From positions 15,131 through 79,130 of the forward strand of contig CAMAXZ010000018.1 of the NCBI GenBank assembly GCA_945862325.1: 64,000 nt of DNA, read 5' to 3'. The notes beneath the pieces are model-generated. The model saw only the letters and a program-made list of their open reading frames with translations, had not been told where the DNA came from and ran no database searches. This DNA is from Klebsiella pneumoniae. Lineage in GTDB: Bacteria > Myxococcota_A > UBA796 > SXON01. Below, piece by piece: positions 51,621 to 64,000 of the stretch. The stretch's first letter is position 1; each line of letters starts with the position of its first letter. The position numbers and the translations under genes were made by a program.

Positions 51621-53126
51621 TCAGATGACGACCGTCTCGTGGTAGACGCCGAAGACGTCGCGCAGGGCGTCGGCGATCTCGCCGACGGTGGCGTGGGACT
51701 CGACGGCGTGGAGGACGTGCGGCATCGTGTTCTCGGTGCCGGCCGCGGCCTGGCGGAGGGCGTCGAGGGCGTCGGCCACGCGGCCGGCGTCGCGACGCCC
51801 ACGGAACGCGCGCAGCCGCGCCACCTGCTCCGTCTCCACCGCCGGATCGACCCGGAGCAGGTCCTGCACGGTGGGCTCCTGCTCCTCGAAGCGGTTGACC
51901 CCCACGACGACCTGGCGTTCGTCCTCGATCGCGCGCTGCGTCGCGTACGCGGCGTTCTGGATCTCCCGCTGCGGGAACCCCGCCTCGATCGCGGCGACCA
52001 TGCCGCCCATCGCGTCCACCTCGGCGATGAGGCGGCTCGCCTCGGCCTCCAGCTGGTCCGTGAGGCCCTCGACGAGCGTCGAACCGCCGAGCGGGTCGAC
52101 GTGCGCGGCCACGCCGCTCTCGTAGGCGATGACCTGCTGGGTTCGCAGCGCGAGCCGCGCCGCGGCGGTCGTCGGGAGCGCGAGCGCCTCGTCCCGGCTG
52201 TTGGTGTGCAGGGACTGTGTGCCGCCGAGCACCGCCGCGAGCGCCTGGAGCGCGACGCGCACCACGTTGTTGTCGATCTGTTGCGCGGTGAGCGTGCTGC
52301 CGGCGGTCTGCGTGTGGAAGCGCAACATCTGCGACTTCGGGTCCTTCGAGCCGAAGCGGTCGCGCACGATGTGCGCCCACATGCGGCGGGCCGCCCGGTA
52401 CTTCGCGATCTCTTCGAAGAAGTTGTTGTGCGCGTTGAAGAAGAAGCTGAGGCGGGGCGCGAAGTCGTCCACCGCCAGGCCCGCGTCGACCGCGGCCTGC
52501 ACGTACGCCACGCCGTCCGCCAGGGTGAACGCCACTTCCTGCGCGGCGGTGCTGCCGGCTTCGCGGATGTGGTACCCGCTGATGGAGATCGTGTTCCACT
52601 TCGGGGCGTGCGTGGCGCACCAGGCGAACGTGTCCGTGGTCAGGCGCATGCTCGCCCGAGGCGGGTAGATGTACGTGCCGCGGGCGATGTACTCCTTGAG
52701 GACGTCGTTCTGGATCGTGCCTCGGAGCGCCGTGGTGGGGACGCCGCGACCGCGCGCGACCGCGGCGTACAACGCCAGGAGCGTGCCGGCCGTCGCGTTG
52801 ATGGTCATGCTCGTGCTGACCTCGCCGAGCGGGAGCTCGGCGAGGAGGACGTTCATGTCCTCGAGCGACGCGATCGCCACGCCGACCTTGCCCACCTCAC
52901 CCACCGCCATCGGATGGTCGGAGTCGAAGCCCATCTGCGTCGGGAGGTCGAAGGCCACGGACAGCCCGGTCTGGCCCTGCGCGAGCAGGTAGCGGTAGCG
53001 CTCGTTGCTGGAGCGCGCATCGCCGAAGCCGGCGTACTGGCGCATCGTCCAGAGGCGCCCCTGGTACATCGTCGGATGGATGCCCCGCGTGAACGGGAAC
53101 GAGCCGGCCGGAGGGTGGTCGCTCAT
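51621..53126 (-). CDS. Methylmalonyl-CoA mutase-family catalytic (substrate-binding barrel) subunit, no B12-binding domain
   Basis: [54 protein letters not shown] and RFHTQT.G..LTAQQ. Ends at 501 aa with no C-terminal DxHxxG cobalamin domain. Confidence 0.88.
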   Translation of the reverse strand: MSDHPPAGSFPFTRGIHPTMYQGRLWTMRQYAGFGDARSSNERYRYLLAQGQTGLSVAFDLPTQMGFDSDHPMAVGEVGKVGVAIASLEDMNVLLAELPLGEVSTSMTINATAGTLLALYAAVARGRGVPTTALRGTIQNDVLKEYIARGTYIYPPRASMRLTTDTFAWCATHAPKWNTISISGYHIREAGSTAAQEVAFTLADGVAYVQAAVDAGLAVDDFAPRLSFFFNAHNNFFEEIAKYRAARRMWAHIVRDRFGSKDPKSQMLRFHTQTAGSTLTAQQIDNNVVRVALQALAAVLGGTQSLHTNSRDEALALPTTAAARLALRTQQVIAYESGVAAHVDPLGGSTLVEGLTDQLEAEASRLIAEVDAMGGMVAAIEAGFPQREIQNAAYATQRAIEDERQVVVGVNRFEEQEPTVQDLLRVDPAVETEQVARLRAFRGRRDAGRVADALDALRQAAAGTENTMPHVLHAVESHATVGEIADALRDVFGVYHETVVI

Positions 53127-53617
53127 GCCTCCACCCGCAAGAGGCGCGTGCCCGCCTCGACCGTCTGGCCTTCGCTCACCAGAAGCTCCACCACGGTCCC
53201 GTCGGCGGGGCTCTTCAGCTCGTTCTCCATCTTCATGGCTTCGAGCACGATCAAGGGCTGGCCCTTGCGCACCGTGTCGCCCACCGCGGCGAGGATGCGC
53301 ACCACGCGACCGGGCATCTGCGTGCCGAGCACTCCGCCGGCCGCGCCGGCGGCACCCCCGCGCGCCCGTTGACGCGGGTCGACGATCTCGAGGTCGTGCG
53401 GCACGCCGCCGACGTCCACGCGCACGGTGTCCCCCACCGTCACCACGCCGGCTTCCCAGCTTTCGCCCTCGATCAACATGTGGAGCGCCTCGGGGGACGG
53501 CCGCAGCACGTCCACCACCCGCGCGCGACCGTCGAGCGTGACCCGGTACCGGCCATCCGCGTCGCGGACGACCTCGACCGCGCGTTTGGTGCCCTCGATC
53601 GTGATGTCGTACTTCAA
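53123..53617 (-). CDS. Biotin carboxyl carrier (biotinyl/lipoyl domain) protein
   Basis: C-terminal [37 protein letters not shown] 53617 preceded by GGGGAGG. Overlaps on both sides. Confidence 0.85.
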   Translation of the reverse strand: MKYDITIEGTKRAVEVVRDADGRYRVTLDGRARVVDVLRPSPEALHMLIEGESWEAGVVTVGDTVRVDVGGVPHDLEIVDPRQRARGGAAGAAGGVLGTQMPGRVVRILAAVGDTVRKGQPLIVLEAMKMENELKSPADGTVVELLVSEGQTVEAGTRLLRVEA

Positions 53618-55101
53618 CGTGGCCTCCCCGCGAGCTTCCACGGCGAGGCGGCGGGCGCGGCGGCGCCCTGTCGCGGCGTGGAGTCCGCCTCGAAACGGTC
53701 GATCGCCGCGGCGATCGTGGCGATGTCGTCGTGCCGCACGGCTTCGCACAAGCGCGCCGTGCGCTCCTTCGTCAGGAAGCCCGTCGAGTACGCGCCGGCG
53801 CGGAAGTCCGGGTCTTGCAGCAGCGCCGTGAAGAACGGGATCGACGTGCGGATTCCGCGCACCCGGTACTCGCCGAGCGCGCGTAGGGTGCGGTCGATCG
53901 CCTCCGCGCGGTCGGCCCCCCACACGACGAGCTTCGCGATCATCGGATCGTAGAAGATCGGGACTTCGTAGCCGGGGTACACGCCGGAGTCGACGCGCAC
54001 CCACGGCCCGCCCGGCTCCCGCAGCCCGGCGATGCGGCCGGGCGCCGGCGCGAAGTTGTTCGCCGGGTCTTCCGCGTACACCCGGCACTCGATGGCGTGA
54101 CCGTGCTGGCGGACATCCTCCTGGCAGAACCAGAGCGGCTCGCCCGCGGCGATGCGGAGCTGCGCGCGCACGAGGTCGATGCCCGTCACCATCTCGGTGA
54201 TCGGGTGCTCGACCTGGAGGCGCGTGTTCATCTCGAGGAAGTAGAAGTCGCCCGTGGCCTGGCTGAACAGGAACTCGCACGTACCGGCGCCGACGTAGCC
54301 CACCGCCCGCGCGGCCTGGACCGCCACCGCCGCCATCGCGTGGCGCGTGGCGTCCGGCAGCACCGGGCACGGCGTCTCCTCGACCACCTTCTGGTTGCGC
54401 CGCTGCACCGAGCAGTCGCGCTCGAAGAGGTGCACGCAGGTCCCGTGCGCGTCCGCGAGCACCTGGATCTCCACGTGCTTCGGGTTCAGCACGAACTTCT
54501 CGAGGTACATCGCGTCGTCCTTGAAGGACGACGCCGCCTCCGACCGCGCCGACCGCCACGCGCTCGGCAGCTCGTCGGGACCGTCGACCCGGCGCATGCC
54601 CTTGCCGCCGCCGCCGCCCGCGGCCTTGAGCATGATCGGGTAGCCGAATTGTTCGGCGAGGACCGCCGCTTGCTCGAGCGTCTCGATCGGCTCGACCGTG
54701 CCCGGCACCACGGGGACGCCCGCGGCCACCATCCGTTGGCGAGCCCCGGTCTTGCTGCCCATCGCGTAGATCGCCGACGGCGGCGGCCCGATCCAGACCA
54801 GGCCCGCGTCCATCACCATCTGCGCGAACGCGGCGTTTTCGCTCAGAAAGCCGTAGCCCGGGTGAATGGCGGTCGCCCCCGAGCGGCGCGCCACCTCGAG
54901 GATGACGTCGCCGCGCAGGTAGCTCTGCGCGCTCGGCGCGGGCCCGATCGCCCAGGCCTCATCCGCGTTGCGGACGTGGAGGGCGTTCCGATCCGCGTCG
55001 CTGTACACGGCGACGGTCGGAATCCCCAGCTCGTGACACCCGCGGATGACTCGCACCGCGATCTCGCCGCGATTCGCGACGAGGACCTTGGACAGCTTCA
55101 T
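53614..55101 (-). CDS. accC: Biotin carboxylase (acetyl/propionyl-CoA carboxylase subunit)
   Basis: [20 protein letters not shown]...[12 protein letters not shown]...GGGGKGMR...[13 protein letters not shown]. Confidence 0.93.
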   Translation of the reverse strand: MKLSKVLVANRGEIAVRVIRGCHELGIPTVAVYSDADRNALHVRNADEAWAIGPAPSAQSYLRGDVILEVARRSGATAIHPGYGFLSENAAFAQMVMDAGLVWIGPPPSAIYAMGSKTGARQRMVAAGVPVVPGTVEPIETLEQAAVLAEQFGYPIMLKAAGGGGGKGMRRVDGPDELPSAWRSARSEAASSFKDDAMYLEKFVLNPKHVEIQVLADAHGTCVHLFERDCSVQRRNQKVVEETPCPVLPDATRHAMAAVAVQAARAVGYVGAGTCEFLFSQATGDFYFLEMNTRLQVEHPITEMVTGIDLVRAQLRIAAGEPLWFCQEDVRQHGHAIECRVYAEDPANNFAPAPGRIAGLREPGGPWVRVDSGVYPGYEVPIFYDPMIAKLVVWGADRAEAIDRTLRALGEYRVRGIRTSIPFFTALLQDPDFRAGAYSTGFLTKERTARLCEAVRHDDIATIAAAIDRFEADSTPRQGAAAPAASPWKLAGRPR

Positions 55102-55148
55102 GGCGTCGGGGCTTAACGCACCCGACGCCGTTCGGGCCGACCCGCGGC

Positions 55149-57593
<2,445 letters not shown>

Positions 57594-57688
57594 GGAGGAC
57601 TCCTGGGGCGCGGGGCTGCGCCGACAGACGGAAGGTATTCACGGGAAAAGGCAGGGCAAGCGCGGCGTCCAAGCCTGTGCGAGGTGAG

Positions 57689-59572
57689 TCAATGGCCGGT
57701 TTGCGGCCGATTGTTCACCTTGGGTGCCTGATCGCGCCCGAGCGCGCGGGCGCGGAGCTCGTAGCCAGCGCCAATTTGTGACGTGACGCGCACCGTCGCG
57801 ATCGCCTCGTCGGTCGGGGTCCACGCCGGGTTCGACGGGGTCCATGCGCCGCGGAGGTCCCACAGCAGCGCGGTCTGGTCGAGTCCGACCGGAGGGGAGC
57901 CCACGACCCGGCTGATGTTCTCGGCGGCGGCCAGGGTGGTCGGCCCGGTGGGCGCGTCGAGGTCGTGGAGCTCCGCCTGGCGGAGGATCTCCTGCTGGAC
58001 GAGGTCGATCCGCAGCACGATCCATCGGAAGCCCAGGCGCTCGATCTCCTCGCGGTGGCGGGGGTCGAACGTGACGCGCGCCGCCGGGAGCATCGCGGCG
58101 CCGCGTACGGCCCGGATGAACGGGTTGTTGAGCCGCGCGCGAAACGGCTTCTCCCAGAAGAGCGACGCGGACTCCCCCATCCCGCCGAACGTCGGAAGCC
58201 CGATGCGGGTCTGCCACATGAGGCCGTCGTGCTGCACGCGGAAGGGCACGTAGATGAGGCCCCCGCCCTCGCTCCGGAGGGTCTCGAGCATGGCGGGAGG
58301 CCGCGGATCGTGCGTGTTGAACGGCCACACGTACACGTAGGCCTGCCCGGCGAGCCCGAGCGCGACGAGGGCCGCGAGCGCGAACGGCGCGCGGCGCGCC
58401 GAGAGCGCCGCGCCCAGCCACCCGCCGATCAGCAGCGAGGCGGCCGCGAAGGTGACCACCATCATGCGGTAGGGGAACCACAAGCGGTCGAAGAAGGGCA
58501 CGAACGTCTGCGCGGCGACGTACCAGGGGAAGGTCAGCGGGGTGCCGTTGTCCAACACCACCGCCGGACCGAACGCGAACGCGACGAACACCGCGACCAG
58601 CGCGATCCACGCGGCGCGCCCGGCGATCGTCACACGCGGCCACAGCGCGGCGACCACGAGGGGGATGCCCCACGCGGGGTTGCCCAGGAGCGGCGCCCCG
58701 TGGACCTCCATGAGGTACAGGCCGTGGAGGGTGTTCGCGACGTTGGCCGTGGCGGGGCGCGGCGCGTTGCCGCCGCCGGTCGCGGCGAGGCCCGGGACGT
58801 TGCCGGCGCCCGCCTCGGCGGCCATCCAAACGACCCCGGGGGCGACGATGGCGGCGCACACCAGGGCGCCGACGGCCCAGCGCGCGAGCGCGGCGCGGCG
58901 ATCGGGCGAGGCGCGCAGCTCGAACGGCAGGAGCACCGCGAAGGCGAGCGCGAGGAAATACCCGTTGAACCAGTAGCTCCAGCCCGTCAGGCCGGTGGCG
59001 ACACCGAGCACCGCGGCGTCCTTCCAGCCCCCGCCCCGCGCACAACGGAGGAACGCCCAGAGCGCCACCGGGAGGTACCAGACGAACGCCTGGGTCGGTC
59101 GGCCCGCCGTGACCTCGAACAGGAGGAACGGGTTGATCGACCAGAGCAACGTCGCCGCGAACGCCCCGAACCCCTCCCCCAGCACCTCGCGCGCGAGGGG
59201 TCGGAAGGCCACCGCGTTGCCCACGAGCACGACGACGATGAACACCGGCTGGTAGAGCTCCGGCCCGAAGACGTACTGGAACGGGACCGACAGGACGGCG
59301 TCGACGAGGTTGTTGCCCGTGTGCGCGAAGATCTGCTTTCCATCCGGGTAGAAGAACAGGTCCGTCCACGACGGGTCGGAGAAGGTCTCCATGCAGCGGC
59401 GCATGAACCAGTAGAACCAGTGGGTGCCGAAGGCGTCGACGCCGTCGCCGACCACATGGCCGGGCCGCAGCAGCGCCGGCGCGACGCCCAGGATCGCGAA
59501 GAGGAGCCACAACCCCGCCTCGAGGCGGCGGTCCGGCGCGGGCGAGAGGGACGGACGCGCGGGCTCGGTCAT
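57689..59572 (-). CDS. Large polytopic membrane protein (GT-C/ArnT- or YfhO-like topology suspected)
   Basis: About 12 predicted TM helices in the N-terminal 430 aa plus a soluble C-terminal domain. ATG 59572 overlaps the upstream stop (ATGA). Family not confidently recognised. Confidence 0.6.
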   Translation of the reverse strand: MTEPARPSLSPAPDRRLEAGLWLLFAILGVAPALLRPGHVVGDGVDAFGTHWFYWFMRRCMETFSDPSWTDLFFYPDGKQIFAHTGNNLVDAVLSVPFQYVFGPELYQPVFIVVVLVGNAVAFRPLAREVLGEGFGAFAATLLWSINPFLLFEVTAGRPTQAFVWYLPVALWAFLRCARGGGWKDAAVLGVATGLTGWSYWFNGYFLALAFAVLLPFELRASPDRRAALARWAVGALVCAAIVAPGVVWMAAEAGAGNVPGLAATGGGNAPRPATANVANTLHGLYLMEVHGAPLLGNPAWGIPLVVAALWPRVTIAGRAAWIALVAVFVAFAFGPAVVLDNGTPLTFPWYVAAQTFVPFFDRLWFPYRMMVVTFAAASLLIGGWLGAALSARRAPFALAALVALGLAGQAYVYVWPFNTHDPRPPAMLETLRSEGGGLIYVPFRVQHDGLMWQTRIGLPTFGGMGESASLFWEKPFRARLNNPFIRAVRGAAMLPAARVTFDPRHREEIERLGFRWIVLRIDLVQQEILRQAELHDLDAPTGPTTLAAAENISRVVGSPPVGLDQTALLWDLRGAWTPSNPAWTPTDEAIATVRVTSQIGAGYELRARALGRDQAPKVNNRPQTGH

Positions 59573-61341
59573 CGATCCCGACGCGGCTGGATGGACCAAG
59601 CCGCGGCAGGGATGGGCACCCCTGCCGCCTCGGCGGCGCGCACCCGCACCGCCACGCAGGCCCCGTGAAGCAGCGTGTCGGCGACCGTCACGACGTCACG
59701 GGCGGCGATCGGCTCGAGCCAGGAGCCCTTCACCCAGTCGTTGAACAATCCCATCGCAGGCCCGCACCACACCTGGAAATCCCGCTTCCGCGACACGTCG
59801 CCCGTGCGCGCCCACCGGCTCGTCATTCCGAGGTACCAGCGGAAGCAGAGCGCCATCTGGTGCCGCGGGTCGTTCTCGGCGCGCTCGACCTCGCGCGGGT
59901 CGCGGCGCTCCCAATACGCGCGGGTCTCGGCCCACACGTCGTCGATCGGCCGCTGGAAGATCTGCTTCTCGACGCGCTCGCGCTCGACCGGCGGCAGCTC
60001 GGCGAGCCCGGCGTAGCCCCGGTAGAGGTCGTAGAGCCGCCCGGCGCGCTGCGCGTACATGGTCCCGCGCGCGAGGACCTGAACGTGCGCGCCGATCTCG
60101 AACATGTCCGGGGCGGGCCCCATGGTGACGTCGGCGAAGCCCGCCTCGACGAGCATGGACTTCACGAGGTCGGAGGTGCCGGCCTCGCGCGTGGCCTGGT
60201 TGACCGAGCCCGTCATGACGTAGTCCGCGCCGAGCTGCAGCGCGGCCGCGAGGGACCACGGGTCGCCCACGCCGCCCCCGGCGCCGACGCGCGGGCGCTC
60301 GGCGTACCCCAGCTCGCCGGCGACGCGGTCGCGGAGGCGCCGGAGGAGCGGCACGAGCACCGGCAACGGGCGGCGGTCGGTGTGGCCGCCGGAGTCCGCC
60401 TCCGCCGTGACGTCGTCCGCCATGGGCACGCCGCGGGCCAGCTCCGCCTGGCGCGCGCTCAGCTTGCCGGCCGCGACGAGCTCCGCGACGAGCTTGGGCG
60501 GCGCAGGGCGCAGGAAGTGCTCCGCGACCTCCGGTCGCGACACCTTCGCCGCGACGCGGTTGCGCGCGACGACACGGCCGTCCACCTCTTCGAGCCCGGC
60601 GAGGCGATAGCGGACGATCGCCGGGGACAAGCCCATGTACGCGCTCGCGTCCACGGCGCGGGCGCCGTGCGCCAGGTAGATGTCGACGGTGCGCTCCTCC
60701 ACCGCGGGCTCCGCGGGGTTGTGGAGCAGGTTGAACCCGGCCGGCCCGTCGCCGACCGCCGCGCGGATCGCGCGGACCCCGTCTTCCACGGCGTCGAGCG
60801 GCAGCCCGCCGGCGCCGAAGTAGGCGAGCAGGCCCGCGCGGCTCATCGCGATGACGAGCTCCGGCGACGCGATGCCGCCGGCCATCGCCCCAGCGACGTA
60901 CGACGCGCGGACGCCGTGCGCGGCGCGGAAGGCGGCGGAGCCGAGCGAACCGGGGGACACGGCCGGGACGACGGCGTCCGCGCCGCCGCGCGGCAGGCCC
61001 TCCCACCACCGACCGTCGCGCAGGTGCAACGGGCGCGAGGGGTCGTGGAGGGCGCCCAGGAGATCCCGGATCGGCCGCGGGCCGAGCGGGAGCGCGTCAC
61101 GGAAGGTCTCGCCGGAGGCCCACGAGGTGGTGAGGCGGGCGACTGCCCCGTCGCGGGCGACGTGCACGCGCACGTCGACGTCTTCGAGCTCGACGGCGTC
61201 GGCGCCGTCCAGGAGAGCCAGGAGGCCGGCGGCGCCCACGGCGTCGAGCGCCCGCGCGAGGCCGGCACCCCCGAGCGCGCGCTCTTCGACCGAGGCGCCG
61301 CGGTGGAATCGGGCAGTGGAAGCGGAGGCGAGGAGATCCAT
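59569..61341 (-). CDS. PfaD-family enoyl reductase (nitronate-monooxygenase/FMN TIM-barrel type used by PUFA and trans-AT PKS synthases)
   Basis: GSAAFRAAHGVRASYVAGAMAGGIAS.ELV.AMSRAGLL..FGAGG, NLLHNP, VTAEADSGGHTD and GADYV.TGSVNQ signatures. Confidence 0.8.
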   Translation of the reverse strand: MDLLASASTARFHRGASVEERALGGAGLARALDAVGAAGLLALLDGADAVELEDVDVRVHVARDGAVARLTTSWASGETFRDALPLGPRPIRDLLGALHDPSRPLHLRDGRWWEGLPRGGADAVVPAVSPGSLGSAAFRAAHGVRASYVAGAMAGGIASPELVIAMSRAGLLAYFGAGGLPLDAVEDGVRAIRAAVGDGPAGFNLLHNPAEPAVEERTVDIYLAHGARAVDASAYMGLSPAIVRYRLAGLEEVDGRVVARNRVAAKVSRPEVAEHFLRPAPPKLVAELVAAGKLSARQAELARGVPMADDVTAEADSGGHTDRRPLPVLVPLLRRLRDRVAGELGYAERPRVGAGGGVGDPWSLAAALQLGADYVMTGSVNQATREAGTSDLVKSMLVEAGFADVTMGPAPDMFEIGAHVQVLARGTMYAQRAGRLYDLYRGYAGLAELPPVERERVEKQIFQRPIDDVWAETRAYWERRDPREVERAENDPRHQMALCFRWYLGMTSRWARTGDVSRKRDFQVWCGPAMGLFNDWVKGSWLEPIAARDVVTVADTLLHGACVAVRVRAAEAAGVPIPAAAWSIQPRRDR

Positions 61342-61373
61342 CCCTGCCGCCTAGCCGTGCCGCCGCCGCGCGG

Positions 61374-62030
61374 CTACACCCGACGCGTCGCGTACGGCCA
61401 ACACTGGAAGCCAGACATGCCCGCGACGATGCCGACAAACGGGAAGCCCGACGAAAACGCCGCCAAAGCGACGAGCACCGCCACGGCGATGCCGAGGCGG
61501 GCGGTCCACACCAGGGCCACGCCGGACGGCAGGCGGAAGGAAAGCGCGTGCAAGGTGATGACGCCGCCGTCCATGGGGTACATCGGGAGCAGGTTGAACG
61601 CGCTCCAGAAGAAGTTCACCCAGACGAGCTGATCGAACACGGTCGTGACCAGGCCCGGCCCGAGCACGCCCAGCGCGACGAGCCCCAGGACGAGGCTCAC
61701 CGTACCGAGGGCGAAGCCGGCGAGCGGCCCCGCCGCCGTGACGAGGATGCCCTGCAGCCCCGACGCCCCGCGGCGGTACTGCGTGAGCCCCCCGAAGCCG
61801 TGCAGGGTGATCGAGACCGGACCGAGCCCGAACGCGCGCGCGGTGATCGCGTGCCCGAGCTCGTGGACGAGGATGGACCCGAACACCACGGCGGCCAGGA
61901 GCACGCCGGTCAGCACGCCGCCCGCGCCCGCGCGCGCGCCCATGAGGGCATAGAGCCCGAGCACCACCAGCGCGTTCGGGTCGACCCGGAACTCGAAGCC
62001 GAGCGGTCGACCGAGGGTGATGCTGCTCAT
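61374..62030 (-). CDS. Site-2 protease (M50) family membrane metalloprotease
   Basis: HELGH in a TM helix and the NLLPMYPMDGG motif. The ATG overlaps the upstream stop (ATGA). Confidence 0.85.
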   Translation of the reverse strand: MSSITLGRPLGFEFRVDPNALVVLGLYALMGARAGAGGVLTGVLLAAVVFGSILVHELGHAITARAFGLGPVSITLHGFGGLTQYRRGASGLQGILVTAAGPLAGFALGTVSLVLGLVALGVLGPGLVTTVFDQLVWVNFFWSAFNLLPMYPMDGGVITLHALSFRLPSGVALVWTARLGIAVAVLVALAAFSSGFPFVGIVAGMSGFQCWPYATRRV

Positions 62031-62508
62031 CGGGGCTCCGGCCGCGTCGGCGGCGCTTCGGGGGCGGGCCGCGCCAGCGGCTCCGGTTCGAAAGGAACAC
62101 GACCGAACGCCGCTGCCCACCCCGCGACGGCGATCACCGCGAGCAGCACACAGATCAGCGCATACGCGCTGGCGGTTCGACCCGCGCCGAGCGCGGCCGC
62201 GCGCGCCTCGTCGACGGCGCGCCGAAGGGTGGCGACCTCCGCGCGGTGCCGGGCCACCCACGCCGCGGGGTCCTCGACGCCGAGCGCCTGGAGCTGGGCG
62301 GCGGTGTCGGGCACGGGCGGGGCGGCGCCGCGCGCCTCGAGCCACGCCCGCACGTCCGACGCGAGCGGGTGGCGCGGGTGGGCGCAGAGGGCGGCCGCCA
62401 CGCCGGCGAGGTCTTCACCGCTCACGACCTCGTAGATCGCGAACGAACCCCGCACGTCGCGCTCGCGCTCCAAGGCCGCGAGCAGGCGCGCGGTGTCCGG
62501 AGCCGTGC

Positions 62509-62512
<4 letters not shown>
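62027..62512 (-). CDS. Single-pass membrane protein (cytoplasmic helical domain + TM + Pro-rich tail)
   Basis: GTG 62512 overlaps the upstream stop (GTGA). TM helix SAYALICVLLAVIAVAGWAAAF. Confidence 0.5.
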
Positions 62513-63288
<776 letters not shown>

Positions 63289-63311
63289 GGAACCTCCAGG
63301 CGTCACGTATA

Positions 63312-63746
63312 TCAGCCGCGCACCGCGATGACGCGCGGCGCGCCGATCCACGGCTCGGCGGCGCGCGCGGCGGCGGGGGGGAGATCCGGCGCCTCGACGT
63401 CGTCGAGCGCGATCCACCCGCGGGCGAAGCCGGCGGGTGGATCGAACCGCAAGGTGTCGAGGTCGTGACGCGCGCCACAGCTCGGGCACTCGAGCGCGCG
63501 GGCGTGGCGGGCGTGTGCTTCGGCACGCCAACGCTCGACCGCCTCGACGAACGCGCCGACGACGTTCGCCGCGCAGGTCGGGCAGGCGACCGCGAAGCCC
63601 CCCTGGCCGGAGGAGACGAACCGCTCGCTCCCGACGTCGACCCGCATGTTCGCCGCGCCGATCGGCGGTGCGCCCCACGCCGCGGCGACCGCGCGGAGCC
63701 GCACCTCGAGATCCGCGACGTCCGCGCGCTCCGGCGCCGGCAGCAC
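63312..63746 (-). CDS. Hypothetical protein with two CxxC pairs (zinc-ribbon-like); start uncertain
   Basis: CPTCAANV...(27 aa)...CPSCGA. Candidate starts are GTG 63746, GTG 63704 and ATG 63647. Confidence 0.4.
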   Translation of the reverse strand: MLPAPERADVADLEVRLRAVAAAWGAPPIGAANMRVDVGSERFVSSGQGGFAVACPTCAANVVGAFVEAVERWRAEAHARHARALECPSCGARHDLDTLRFDPPAGFARGWIALDDVEAPDLPPAAARAAEPWIGAPRVIAVRG

Positions 63747-63784
63747 GCGCAGGGAGAGACGCCGGCTCGCCCGCGGCGGCACCC

Positions 63785-64000
63785 TCAGAACCACTCGGGG
63801 ACGCACACCGAGACGGGCCCGAGGATCTCGGCCTGGCAGGCGAGGCGGTCCCCGCGCGCGGCCGCTTCGCCGAGGACGACCTTCTCCATGCTCTCCGCGC
63901 GCCGCAGGTTGCGGGCGCCCTCGACGATCTCCACGCGGCACGTGCCGCACGAGCAGTTCCCGCCGCAGTAGTGACGAATCGCCACGCCTGCCGACTCCGC
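63785..64000 (-). CDS. 2Fe-2S ferredoxin, C-terminal part (5' end probably beyond the window)
   Basis: HYCGGNCSCGTCRVEIVEG...RLACQAEI (Cx5Cx2C...C). The ORF is open to the window edge. Confidence 0.6.
   Translation of the reverse strand, partial: AESAGVAIRHYCGGNCSCGTCRVEIVEGARNLRRAESMEKVVLGEAAARGDRLACQAEILGPVSVCVPEWF

Noticed and set aside
57594-57688. Heat-shock (sigma32-type) promoter upstream of lon.
   Set aside because: CTTG-containing and CCC-rich elements are present, but the spacing does not fit CTTGAAA-N13-15-CCCCATNT. I cannot support the call from sequence alone.

Overview
Very GC-rich (about 70% by eye), gene-dense chromosomal segment with about 65 protein genes and one tRNA. I saw no rRNA, CRISPR array, transposase or integrase. 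A MYXO-CTERM sorting tail, many lipoproteins and two caspase-fold proteins point to a myxobacterium (Myxococcota); this is inference only.

Recognisable core functions:
- Central and nucleotide metabolism: PEPCK 3' end, pyruvate kinase, purE/purK.
- Acyl-CoA metabolism: MeaB with a crotonase, and an accC-BCCP-methylmalonyl-CoA-mutase operon.
- Respiration: a complete Alternative Complex III operon (actABCDEF).
- Translation and RNA: the epmB-efp-epmA EF-P lysylation cluster, fabG, NrnA and a DEAD-box helicase.
- Proteolysis: Lon.

Four regions are worth a second look:
1. 9088-14150. A translationally coupled minus-strand operon, read 5' to 3': a prenyltransferase/terpene-cyclase-repeat protein, a membrane class III nucleotidyl cyclase, a degenerate polyprenyl-synthase-fold protein, an NHLP/Os1348-like 76-aa peptide, and an M50 metalloprotease with a PqqD/RRE-like N-terminus. 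It faces a stand-alone cNMP-binding-domain protein.
2. 47253-50853. A four-gene operon of lipoprotein, ECF sigma factor, anti-sigma factor and an intact caspase (C14).
3. 57689-64000. A coupled operon containing a stand-alone PfaD-type enoyl reductase, a large polytopic membrane protein, an S2P (site-2) protease and a single-pass membrane protein.
4. 1159-2274. A caspase-fold lipoprotein-like protein whose catalytic Cys is replaced by Ala.

Caveats: coordinates were hand-indexed. Many start codons are inferred from SD (Shine-Dalgarno) motifs and stop/start overlaps, so they may be off by a few codons. All family calls rest on motif recognition, not on database searches.
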